From the NCBI RefSeq assembly GCF_009914755.1, contig NC_060930.1: a DNA stretch of 64,000 nucleotides. One strand, 5' to 3'. Source of the stretch: the human T2T-CHM13v2.0 reference genome, Homo sapiens. Both the position numbers and the translations under genes were made by a program. Shown here one piece after another: positions 1-14,402 of this stretch. Below the pieces are notes generated by a model. It ran no database searches, was not told where the DNA came from, and saw nothing but the letters and a program-made list of their open reading frames with translations. Every line of letters starts with the position of its first letter. Positions within the stretch are counted from its first letter, which is position 1.

Positions 1-659
1 CCTGAGGTATGATCCTGTCTTCTTATCATTCCTGATATCTTCTTTCACAATTGTGCCCTAGGTAATGGTGCTCAGAAAAAGAAGCCAATCAGGAGATCTG
101 TTTTCTGTGCCCTTTTAACACTTCTAACTCAGGCACCCAAACCAGCCTGTAGCAGAAAGAGCATCAAAGCCATCCTCTGGACTCTACACAAGGTCTGTGG
201 ATATTCAGTTAGCTTGCAAGAGTGCAAACTAATACCCATGAGTACCAGCCAAAAAATACCCTTTTTTTTTCTTTTTGCTGTGTTATTCACATTTAGAATT
301 GTAATATGACCCTGTCAGAAAACTCTGTTGCAGGAAATTTTTGGAAAAGAACATGTAGCTTATCTGTGTCTATGAAGTCCTTGTTATTGTGGGGAAAAGA
401 AAAGAAAACAAAAACATCGACAGCTATATATTTTCTTTTTATTACTTACTATCATTCCAGACTAAAGTGGGGAGCCCCCTTTTTTTTTTCCAGAAACATA
501 GCAGCAGCAGAGATGTCGCTATTGTGATCAGAATTACTTTGGTAGGTGTGTTTTGGGTTTGATTTACTTTTTCACATTTGTCTTTCTGTTTATATAAAAT
601 ATTTTCCTAGGGAAAAATACATGCTAAAGTTAAACTTCACATGAGTTAACTACCTACAA

Positions 660-1545
660 ATTACAGCTGTTAGCCATTTTTAATAAAACACTATCCACTG
701 CACTATAAAAACGGACTTCATTTTCATATTGTTAATGTTATTCCACTGAACAGTGCGGTTAGAAATCCCAGAAGCAAATGCAGTACAAATTGTAGAGCAG
801 CTGTGTAGAGGTGACTTCTAATCATAATTGAACACAAACGAGAACAAATAAATCAAGGACGAAACTTCTCAACTTCTGATGCCTGGCAATGTCAGTTTTA
901 AAGCCAGATACATACCAAGTGCCTTGCAAAAAAAAAAAATTACACAGCAGCTAGAAGAGTGACAGCAGAACCCCCACTCTTTCTGGGAACACTCCCATAT
1001 ACCAGAAGCACAAGGACTTTAATTTGAAACCTGATTACATATTTGAAATTGCTGGTGTTCCTGACTTTAGCTTCTTGGCAGAAATGCCAGCTGAGTGTGC
1101 ACATAGCACAGGTGGTCGATGGCAAACAAGACACCTCACAGCTGCAGGCAAGGAGCTGCTTCTAAGGGCATACAGTCTGGACAGTGCCAAGGCAGATAGG
1201 CATCATACAAAGAGAGAGGACAGGCTGCAATTTGGGGGTTTTGTCATTATTGTGTGTGTTTTAAAATATATCAGTGCATTTTTGAAAGTTGATTGGGGTC
1301 AGATTTTCAGCTGAGGCCTTATTCTTAGGAAATAGCATGATGGCAATAAATGTCAGCCTTAGCTAGCGACCCTTAAAAAGCTAAACTGGAATAAAAATAA
1401 TAACTTGGCAAAGGTTCCCATATGCCGCACTCCTTCTTTTGTGCTCTTCCTTTGTCCCGAGCCTGCTTTGCCACACATGCCACCTTCAAGCACTGTTTTT
1501 AGGGAGAAGAGACCATTCTCCCAGAAAAGGGAACAGCTGAGAAAA
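660..1545. promoter_or_regulatory. Candidate enhancer: cluster of CAGCTG E-boxes plus STAT-type sites
   Basis: CAGCTG at 664, 798, 1088, 1139, 1308, 1534; CAGGTG at 1109; TTCTGGGAA 981-989; TTCTTAGGAA 1322-1331; no recognisable interspersed repeat. Confidence 0.4.
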
Positions 1546-2918
1546 GAACCAGCCCACAGAGGGAGCAGGGACACTCCTAACTGTTTTAAAGCCGTGCCGC
1601 AGGGTCTATGAGTTCGCAACAAGAAAACGTTTTCTTGTTTCTACCTTACCTAAGTCCAAAAAAAAAAAAATCACTGTTTTTTTATTAGCCGTTTAGTCCT
1701 AAAGAGTGCCCTTAGTGATAAGACAGTGCTTCTGGAAGTTCCACATAACTGCTTTTCTTTACCCACATGCAGAAGGCCCAAGAGTTGCAGAATCAGAACA
1801 GTTTGTGTGCTTTTCCATGTTCTAGCTTATGTATATGACAATACTAATCTTCCATTAAACAGGGTGTCTTACCCAGTCTGCAGTGCTAAGCATGTGTCGG
1901 ACTGGAAGATATTGTTCATAATAATCTTTTTCTAAGTACCATTTAAAAGAAAATGACTTCCATTATTTAAAAAAAAAAAACCAACTAGGAAATATCGTAT
2001 TTCTTCACAATGAACCATAGCCCTTTTTCAGATGTCCTTTGGCATCTCAGTTTTAGGAGTTATACAAGTCTCTAGCCTCACTGTTCATTGCCCTGACTTG
2101 TGCCTGAGATGTTTTTAGTCCTTCAGCCAGTTCAAATCAGGAATGAGATGCATTTGATCTGGACTTCTTCTACTCTGCCAAGCAGATAATCCCCTAACGA
2201 CTGGTCAGCATTTTCATCCCAGAGAGTCAAAACTGACCTTTCAGTAGCAGAGGTTGCTTTAGGTTTGTGCAAAATAACGTTAAGGACAAATTCCCACTTT
2301 TGGGGCGCCACCGCCGTCCCTTTCATTGCCTGCAGTTTCTAGCATTTATTTTCCAATGTGGACACTGCAAAACTGTGATTCTTCAAAGTGGTTATTTAGT
2401 TCCTAAAACATTTAGAGTTGGGGCAAAATTTGCATAATTCTATTAAAAGGCTTACACCTCAGCTTTGAAAAATATTTGAGAAAATGTGATTTATGGGGGA
2501 AGGAAGTCTTATCTTTTGGCCCAGAAGGTGTTTCATGGAACTAAACCTGTTAATGTTAGGATTGCCTGTTAAGCACCAAAAAGTAAAAAAATGGAGGTTA
2601 GAAGCCTTTCTTTTATCTTCGCTTCAAGTCTGCAGTAGTTTGAAGCTTAAGATAGAGAAGGATTTTAGGGCGTTTTTTTTTTTCTCACTGCATTGCAAAC
2701 TTGGAAACTGGAGTCCTGGTACAGTGATGGGAAACACAGGTGCATTTCTGTAGATTTTAAAATAGGATGTACTGGCTCTTTTCAATTGAGGACAGTTCAT
2801 TTTGATGCCGTTACAGAACTTGAGACGATCTGCTTTAGATCAAATTTGAGATTCTGTCATCATGTCTATTTTTGTTGTATGATGCTGCCTGTCACTCATA
2901 GGTTGACAACAAGTCTGA

Positions 2919-3430
<512 letters not shown>

Positions 3431-3435
3431 TTGGC

Positions 3436-3882
3436 ATACATTTTCTGTACTCTACTCAATACATTTTCTATACTCAATACATTTTCTATGCTCTACTCAA
3501 TATATTTTCTATACTCAATATGTTTCTAGACTCTACTCAATACATTTTCTATACTCTACTCAATACATTTTCTGTACTCTACTCCATACATTTTCTATAC
3601 TCTCAATACATTTTCTGTACTCAATACATTTTCTATACTCTACTCAATACATTTTCTATACTCTATACTCATTACATTTTCTATACTCTACTAAATACAT
3701 TTTCTATACTCTAATTAATACATTTCTATACTCTCAATATATTTTCTATACTCAGTACATTTTCTATACTCTGAATACATTTTCTATACTCAATACATTT
3801 TCTATACTTAATACATTTACTATACTCTCCATACATTTTCTATACTCAGTACAGTTTCTAGACTACTCTTTTTCCATACTCA
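3436..3882. repeat. Minisatellite, ~21 copies of ATACATTTTCTATACTC(TACTC)A (18-25 bp units)
   Basis: Tandem units read and counted directly. Confidence 0.95.
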
Positions 3883-5761
3883 TGTGTGAGGAACGAAACA
3901 CCTTAAACAATGCACATGTTACAAAACTGATTGCCATTCAAATGCCTCCTGCAGGAAGCATAGGTCTCCCCTAAACCACCTGCTGCTCCAAGAGCTGAGG
4001 ACTGCATATCCAGATGATGGCATGCTGTCAGGAAAGCGTATGAAGACCACTACTTCTACCCTGCTAGAGTGCACACAGCCACCATTCCAGAGCTGCCCAG
4101 AACCTTAAGCCCACCCACCTCTATTAGGACCTTTGTCTAGTCCAAAACTTTCTGAAATCTCATCCAGGACCTGCCCTGACATGGATCTTCATTTTCATTC
4201 CCTATTCACCTGAATTGTTGCCAGGACCAGAATAAGACTTTTAGAGTCCCTGAGCTCCTCCATACATAAATACAAATACCATTTTATTTTTTGAACTAAC
4301 ATAAAGTTCATAAGTATGCTGGTAGCAGAATGGCTTTTCTTTCTAGATGATTTATTGGTTATAAAAGTCTGGGTGAATTTATTGAAGTGAAAATTTTCTG
4401 ATGTGTATTTATTTATTTATCTGTGCCTCCAGGATAATCCGGCAGTGACTGTAGATAGCGTCTAGTGGCCATTTCCCCCCAACAATCTTTCTGCCCCCTG
4501 GCATAGCAAGGTGACTCATACTAGCTCTTCAATATTGAAGACTTTACTGGGCCCTAGCTGTATTTCATATTTAATTTAAAGCCTTCTCCTGATGGTCTTG
4601 TAATTCTTCTTATCCAACTGGTCTTATATTGCAGTTTCTTTTTCTGACAAATAACCTTCCTTGCCATGTTTTTCACCCGTCTTGCCACCTGATTCAAATA
4701 CATTAAGTCAACCTTTATTTAGAGAAATAAGATTTAGGAAAACTTTTCAAAAAGTTTTTTAAAACATTTTTAAAAAGTAAAATGTTCATCTGGGAATTGC
4801 TCTGGGAAAATATATATGCCTGGCTAGCCATACATAAATGTGTATCTAGTGCAGTGATACACATGTGTATTACAAGTAAAATCCATATGTTGAAGATTAT
4901 TTGGACAGAAGTAGACTTGATTAACTAGAGTTGCCTTTTTAGGATTGATGCCCGAGAATTGTATTCTTATTATGTAATACATAGGCAAAGTTATGTTACT
5001 GTACCTAGATGCAGGGCAAAAATTTATGATGTTCTGCCAAAATTGCCACCTGAGGACACAGAGAACAAAGAAACAAAAAGTCCTAATCAGATTAGAGCTT
5101 AATGAACCAGTCTCAAGCCTGTTGGGAACTCACCAAATACCAAGTCATTCCAAAGAATAAACAGTGGAACAAAAACTTGGAGAACAAAAAGTTTTCTTAA
5201 TTATTTGCATTCTTTTGGCAGCTGTAATTACAGGATGTTTTCCACTGTCTGTTACCACTTGCCCCTGTGCTGTTATGTTTTTAAGATGTGGTTTGTTCTC
5301 TTTTGCCATATAATTATGATGATCACTAAAATGAGCAAAATTTTCTTCTGAAATATATAAAGGGTAATAGATATATGTTTCAACTTAACTAGAACTTGTA
5401 GATGAGTGGCAGTTGGAGGTTAGTTTCTGTGTAATTTAGTACAACCATTGATTTAAAGCACACCAAACACACAAGATATCACAGTACACATTATATAGTT
5501 AGAATTTAAAAATCAGTAATTTTTGTAGTTAACATAGTGATATATTTGCCCTTTATTCCAAGATACGAATTTTTAAGATAACATTTCTTTCCTGATGACT
5601 ACAAAACAATACATGTTTATTTTAGGAGAGTGGGAAAAGCCTGCAACCTACAGATATCAACCGTTAATTAGGTACATGAACCCTACTTCTAGTCTTTTTT
5701 CTACACATTTTATTTTAATAAATTAGATATTATAATTGTTTTTTAATTTTAAAAACACATA

Positions 5762-5965
5762 AATATATTGTATTTTTTTGCATTGTACTTACAAATACAT
5801 ACATTGTATTTATTTGTATTTATTTGTAAGTAATATTGTATTTACTTTACAATTTATGAGTAATTTACAAGTTAATTTACAAGTAAGTAACATTGTATTT
5901 ATTTGTAAGTAATATATTGTACTTACAAATACAATATATTACTTACAAATATATTGTAAATAATT
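5762..5965. repeat. AT-rich low-complexity tract with nested inverted repeats
   Basis: acttacaaata and its reverse complement recur; perfect 22-bp inverted repeat 5900-5921/5930-5951. Confidence 0.85.
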
Positions 5966-5999
5966 TTTCTTCCCAGTTACTATTCTTCTATGTCATATT

Positions 6000-6257
6000 T
6001 TTATTTATTACTTATTATTTATTTATTTTGGAGACAGGGTCACACTCTATTGCCTAGACTGGAGTGAAATGTTGAGATCATGGCTTACTGCCCCCAACCT
6101 CCCAGGCTCAAAAGATCCTGCCACCTCAGCCACCTAAGTAGCTAAGACTAAAAGCGTGCATCACCATGCCCAGCTAACTTTTTAAATTTTTTATAGAGAT
6201 GGAGTTTCACTATGTTGCCAGGGCCGTTCTTGAACTCTTGGGCTAAAGAAATACTCC
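6000..6257 (-). mobile_element. AluJ, 3' part (interrupted; continues at 6631-6692)
   Basis: (TTA/TTTA)n tail then gagacagggtcacactctattgcc; breaks after ttgaactcttgggctaaagaaat. Confidence 0.9.
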
Positions 6258-6323
6258 CTACCAAACAGGCATTGTTGACTCCTCTGGAGAGTGCTCATTC
6301 TGTGGGTATTAAGCAGGAAGGCA

Positions 6324-6692
<369 letters not shown>

Positions 6693-7274
6693 ATGCTTCA
6701 TATTTTTGAATGGCTGCACAGTATTTTGACATGTATATACGAAAATTCAAAAATGATTTTTAGACCTGATGGAGTTCCAGTGGTATGTCTAGCTTCAGTT
6801 CATAGCTTCTGGTGGCAGGCTGATTGGGGCTGCAGTCTCTTAATTAGCCAGAGCTATTACTTTTACTGATTTGAATATCTTCAGATGGCCAAGCCCTTTT
6901 CTATTTGCTCTGTTCTTAAGTGCAAAGCCCCACATTACCCATTGTTTTAGAACTGCTTACTCCATGCATTTTACCCTCACATAAGAGTCTGCCACCTTTG
7001 GTATAGAATGAACAAGAGGCGGGAAATGTTAAAGGATTTAAATATGATTGAAAATGACTTTCCTGGAAGGTCAATCACAGTTTAAGTGGAGCTACTTTTT
7101 CTTTCACTAATGAGCTGTTTCATCCCTTGTAACTAGCATTATTTTGTCTTTGCGGTTTCCAATGGGTGTCCGCTATGTGCTATTTGGAAAGGAAAGAGAA
7201 GAAGAAATTAGGAAATTGGGTCGTGATGGGTCGGCTTCGTTATCTTGGCAGCATTTTACCAAGAAATCAGTTTT

Positions 7275-7640
7275 GTTTAGTCCTGGACAGGGTAGGCCAT
7301 GCTGTGGTAACAAATCAACCCTGAAATTTCTGTAGCTCAGCAAGCAGTTTATTTATTGCTCACCCAGAGATGGATGGAGGCTGGCAGGGATTCGCCTTCA
7401 TCCTGTGATTCAGCAATGCAGGCTCCTCCACCCGTGGTAGCGCCGTGTCAATACGTAGCTTCTCAGGTCACTGCTAGAGGGGAAGAGAAGAATGGAAAGT
7501 TGCACCAGCTCTTAACAGCCTCAACTCAGAGATGACACGTGTCTCTTCTGCTCCCAATCCCTCAGCCAGAATTAGTAATGTGGGCTGCTGAAAAATGTCA
7601 GGAGTGCATGGATATTTGGAGAGTGCTGTTTCTGCCACCT
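7275..7640 (-). mobile_element. Old MaLR LTR (MLT1J/K/L-like)
   Basis: gctgtggtaacaaatcaaccctgaaat...tttatttattgctcac and gacacgtgtctcttctgctc...gccagaattagt resemble MLT1. Confidence 0.6.
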
Positions 7641-8025
7641 TATTTCATACCAAACCACAGAAACAAAATTGGTGACTCTTCTTAGTAAATTAGAACAGAG
7701 TATCAAAAGGATTATTAGGATCAGAGCATCTGGAATGACCAATGAGTCCATTAAGTCAGGAGAATTAGAACAGAACCATTATGAGGAATCATAATGGTCA
7801 GAATGGGAACAAACTGACCAAAGGGCTTACTGGATGAAGCTAACCAGATAGAGTGAGACCAGAGAGAAGAAGTGGCCCAGGAAGTCATAACCTCCTGTTC
7901 CTGACTTGGACTTTCTGTAAGTGTGATTCCCAACCTGGTTACTCATCAGAATCATACAAGGAACATTAGAAAAGGTAGGGTTTTAGCCTCATCTGAGGCC
8001 TATTGAATCAAAATCTCCTGAAGAA

Positions 8026-8307
8026 TATAATATTCATATCATATATATACTATATGTATATATATATACTATATATATACTATATGTATATATATATACT
8101 ATATATATACTATATGTATATATATATACTATATATATACTATATGTATATATATACTATATATATACTATATGTGTATATATATACTATATATATACTA
8201 TATGTGTATATATATACTATATATACTATATGTATATATATACATATATATGTATAGATGTATATATACATATATATGTATATATATAGTATATATATAT
8301 ATATATA
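8026..8307. repeat. Interrupted (TA)n microsatellite with ~30-bp higher-order period
   Basis: atatatatactatatgtatatatatatact repeated from 8041; sits at the tail of a minus-strand L1PA. Confidence 0.97.
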
Positions 8308-8639
8308 CTTTAAGTCTTTAAGTTCTGGGGTACATGTGCAGAACGTGCAGGTTTGTTACATAGGTATGCACGTGCCATGGTGGTTTGCTGCAGCCATCAA
8401 CCCTGTCATCTACATTAGTTATTTCTCCTAATGTCTTCCCTCCCCCAGCCCCCAACCCGCCGACAGGCTTCAGTGTGTGATGCCCCTACCCCGTGTCCAT
8501 GTATTCTCATTGTTCAACTCCCACTTATGAGTGAGGACATGTGGTGTTTGGTTTTCTGTTCTTATGTTAGTTTGCTGAGAATGACGGTTTCCAGCTTCAT
8601 CCATGTCCCTGCAGAGGGACATGGCTGCATAGTATTCCA
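8308..8639 (-). mobile_element. L1PA 3' UTR fragment (5'-truncated)
   Basis: taagttctggggtacatgtgcagaacgtgcaggtttgttacataggt...ctcccacttatgagtgag. Confidence 0.95.
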
Positions 8640-9302
8640 AAAGCCCTTCCTCATTATTCTGATGCAGGCACTGGTCTGTAGGGTTTGAAAAGCATTGCTT
8701 AGAGGACAAGGAGGTAGAAGGTGTCCTTAGGATGAGATGCTAATGAGGGAGTGAACCTTAGAAAGGTGGAAAGACTCACACCAGTGGTCCCATGGTTGGG
8801 TGATGGTTAACATCACAAAGAGAAGTAAATTCCAGACCTGCATCATAGTACCCTGAGTAGAACTACCTCAACAATCTATCTGGTCAGATACTTAGTACCT
8901 AGATGTGGAGACCATATCTCACAGTTCTGTCAGGCAGGAGCAGTCCAAACACTTTGATTATCAGCTGTCTCTTGCTCGGGAAATTACTAGGTACCAACAC
9001 TGTTATATATGCAGAGGTGTCTGAAAAATGAATGCAGATCAATTTCCAGTTCCACACAGAGCACATCTGTAAAATATGACCTTTGGATAATGGCTGGAGT
9101 GTTTACCTGCAGTATTCGTTTTTGCATGTGGCTTTCCCTAGATATGTCAGGATACAGCAGGACCAAAACCTAGGTAAGAACTAAAGTAGTAGGTAAATAT
9201 TGGATCCTAAATTAAGAGTGGAGGGCAAAGCTTGGGGTGATGTCAAAGTCAATTAATGGATATTCAAATATAAAGTTACATAGCTGAGTAACAAACGCAC
9301 TA

Positions 9303-10090
<788 letters not shown>

Positions 10091-10692
10091 TGAGACCCTG
10101 TCTTTTAAAACAAAAACAAAAACAAAAAACAAAAATTGAGCAAAGACAAATGAATTATCTGGAATAATGAACTCCAGGAGGAAACATGAACATCTGACTA
10201 AATTCTAGTTGAAGTCCTGCTGGTTTGCAGTTGCTTTGACATCACTAGCACATGCCTTCCTACTCCATAATTTTAAAGATACTGCTTGAAGCACAACTGA
10301 CTGTAGAATGTGCTCTCTTTGTCTTACGGTTTTCTCTGAAAGACCTTGCTTTATACAACTGCTGTTTGTTGTAGCCACAGTCATGCTTCATTCAGACAAC
10401 AGCAGTGGGTTTTCAAAGTGATTCATCTGTTTTCCTTGTACTTACCCTCTTATTTGCTTCAGGGTCCTGCATGTGGCTGGCTGGCCGAGCTTTAAGAGTA
10501 GGGTTTGGGTAATATCTGCTTCTGAGCCATGTTTCAGGACTGTGGATATTTTTAAGCTAAAGGGGAGAAGTCCAATGGAAGACATGCAGGGAGCTTTTCA
10601 TCTACTTGAAGGAACAGACTTGCTCTGTATTGCTCCAAAGAGGCCAATATTTTGAAATTCCAATGAGGTAGGCTCAAAATGAAACATCCTGA

Positions 10693-11575
<883 letters not shown>

Positions 11576-11767
11576 TAGAATGATCATCTGAAAGAAATAA
11601 TAATGGCCCTTCTAACTTAATGAGTCTCTACCATGTGATAGGTGCTTTAAATATATAATTCTATCCCTAATGACAACACTTCAAAGTAGGTAGGCAAGTT
11701 AAAAAGCTCACAGAACAGAGAGTTTTGTATGGTTTTGCTTTTAAGTTTTATTAAGTGCTTTGTATGA

Positions 11768-12073
11768 TTTGTTTTTTTTTTTTTTTTTTTGAGACAGGGT
11801 CTCACTTTGTCACCCAGGCTGGAGTGCAGTGGTGCAATCACAGCTCATTGCAGCCTCAACCTCCGAGCTCAAGCGATCCTCTTGCCACAGCCGCCTGAGC
11901 AGCTGACACCATAGGCAGGGGCCACCATGCCTGGCTAAATTTTAAATTTTTTGTAGAGACAGGGTCTTACCATATTGCCCAGGCTGGCCTTGAACTCCTG
12001 GCCTCAAGTGATCCTCCTGCCTCAGCCTCCCAAAGTAGTAGGTAGGATTACAGGCATGACCACTGTGCCCGGT
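11768..12073 (-). mobile_element. AluJ
   Basis: Poly-T then gagacagggtctcactttgtcacccagg. Confidence 0.94.
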
Positions 12074-12094
12074 GTGTATGACATTTTTTATAGT

Positions 12095-12295
12095 ATACAT
12101 AGGCATAGTGCTAAGTGCTTTATATATATATAAAATCTCATTTAATTTTTACCAGCCACATACAGGGTAGCTTTTATGCACCATTTCGTTGATAAGAAAA
12201 CTGAGGCTAGTAGAAATTAAGCAATTTGACTTAGCTAAAATAGCCAGGAAGTGATGGGACTGATATTTAAACCCTGGTCTATTTGGTTCCTACAG
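12095..12295 (-). mobile_element. MIR
   Basis: gtgctaagtgcttta...gataagaaaactgaggct core. Confidence 0.75.
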
Positions 12296-12587
12296 CTGTA
12301 TATTTCCCCGCTATATGATAAAGCAATCTCTAACAAGGATACTACTGAAGGGATGCCAACATTTTACAAATTGTTGTAGTAGATGATCTTTTGGTTTCTT
12401 CAAATTGGAATTTTTATAGTTATATTGTGCAAACGGTCCTTTTCTCTATTTCTTTAGATTCACTTCATTAGACATCTCTACCATTTTAAAGAAAGTAAAA
12501 ATAACTTTCCAAATTTCATAGAAAATCTAGAAATGCTCTAAACCCACACAAAAATTGCAACCGATGTGACAGTAAAGAGCTCCTTCC

Positions 12588-12904
12588 AGCCGGGCATAGT
12601 GGCTCACGCCTGTAATCCCAGCAATTTGGGAGGCTGAGGCAGGCGGATCACTTGAGGCCAGGAGTTCGAGACCAGCCTGGCCAACATGGTGAAACCCTGT
12701 CTCTACTAAAAATACAAAAATTAGCCAGGTATGCTGATGCACGCTTATAATCTCAGCTACTCAGGAGGTTGATACAGGAGAATCGCTTGAACCCAGGAGC
12801 CGGAGGTTGCAGTGAGCAGAGATAGTGCCACTGTACTCCAGCAGCCTGGGTGACAAAGCAAGGCTCTGTAAAAAATAAAATAAAACAAAAATAAATTTAA
12901 AAAA
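12588..12904 (+). mobile_element. AluS
   Basis: Full dimer plus A-rich tail. Confidence 0.95.
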
Positions 12905-14402
12905 CACCTTCTTTTATTCTTTTCTGTATGCTTTGGCACAAGTCAAACTAGAATTCATATCTTCTTAATACCTAAACTAAGTTAACCAGCCTGGCAATGG
13001 TTCCCAAAGCCATGCCAGCAATTACACAGTGCAGGATGTCACCCCTGGGCTGACTCACCACACAGAAGACCTAGTAACTTGAGGAGTATTGTTCTCAAAG
13101 ATCCAAATTTGCTGAAATCTATTCTAAGTACTCCTGAATTAAAAAAAGATCGTATTACAATTAGTGTACCTTTAAAAAAAGAAATTCCCTGTCTATCTGT
13201 ATATAGCTCCTCTGATTCCTGAGTTCTACTCCTTATAGTTATACAATTATGTGGAAATTATTTCATGTTAACTTCTGTATTCCAACATCATTTTTAAGAA
13301 GGAGGTTAGTAAAGGTGCCCACTAGACAAACTTCTGCAATAGGAAAAGAGCACTGGGATAGACAAGTAAAACAACAGAATAGAAGCAACGGGAAACAATG
13401 TCCATAAGCAATTCAAGCTGGAAGTGATAAGCCTACCTGTGAAGTCAGGAGATGAAGTTTGAGGAAGAAGCAACAAGAAACATTGATTCCTCTCTACCTA
13501 TTGCAAATGGTCTTGGGGCTCCTAAGCATAAATGTTACTTTTCCCTGCAGTGAGCCTGTATGAAGCTCTCAGATAATCACTTCAAATTGCTCTTTCAATT
13601 CACAAGCCTGCAGCATTCTGAAATATTTCCAGACATTATTTGCACCTATATAAGGATAGCAGATACTTATCCAGTGCCTACCTGGTGCTATTGTAGGTCG
13701 ATTTGGGATTTGATTCAAGGATTCTGGCTCCATACTCTGCTCTATCCACTACACTGAACTGCCTCTCCATGAGAAACTATTTTAATAAGTCCCCCAGTTA
13801 GAAGAACTCATCCATCTGCAACTCACACTGGTGCGAAAGTTGAGCAGCAAATCAGATCAGGAAGTGCCATCTCCACCACCAACAAGGGGCCCTAGAGTCA
13901 CCAGCACCAGTCCCTGCCTAACTGAAACCTAGAACTTGAGAAAGAAATTCACAGATATGGCTCATTGCAAGGGTGAAGGGAGGATGGTAGGAAGAGTGAG
14001 ACGTCAGAGCTCTTTTTGAGTGGGGGGAGGAAGGCCGCCCCCATGCCTGGGAGGTGGATGGAACTGTAGAAGAGGAATCTTGAGATGGGTAGAGTTCAAA
14101 TGGGTGAGAGCTTTAACTTACCCTCTCCTAGTTTAGGAAGTGCTCCTAAACGTGTCCCCAGTTTCCAAAATAGGGATAGTTGCTTTGAGCTGCTGACTGG
14201 TGGTTTTGCTTTGTGGACATGGAGAGGAGAGGATGGCCAGGAAAGGGAGATTCTTCCCACCCCTTTGCTTCCGTGGTTCCCATGCACCTATAGGGTGGAC
14301 TAAGACTCCGTACCTGGAAGATGTTTCAATCGTGAGAGAAGGGCAGGTAAAAGGAAGAGCACAGACCAGAATGACGTAACATTCTGCCTGCACCCACAGG
14401 TC

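Larger units (their letters stand above)
7920..8700. mobile_element. MER5-type hAT element split by an L1 insertion (pieces ~7920-8026 and ~8641-8700)
   Basis: catcagaatca...tgaatcaaaatctc and attctgatgca...gtttgaaaagcattg motifs. Confidence 0.6.

Noticed and set aside
1-2900. 3' UTR of a flanking gene
   Set aside because: AATAAA and A/T runs occur on both strands with no upstream stop-bearing exon; cannot be told apart from conserved non-coding DNA
3436-3882. CRISPR-like repeat array
   Set aside because: Units are head to tail with no unique spacers, and the DNA is primate
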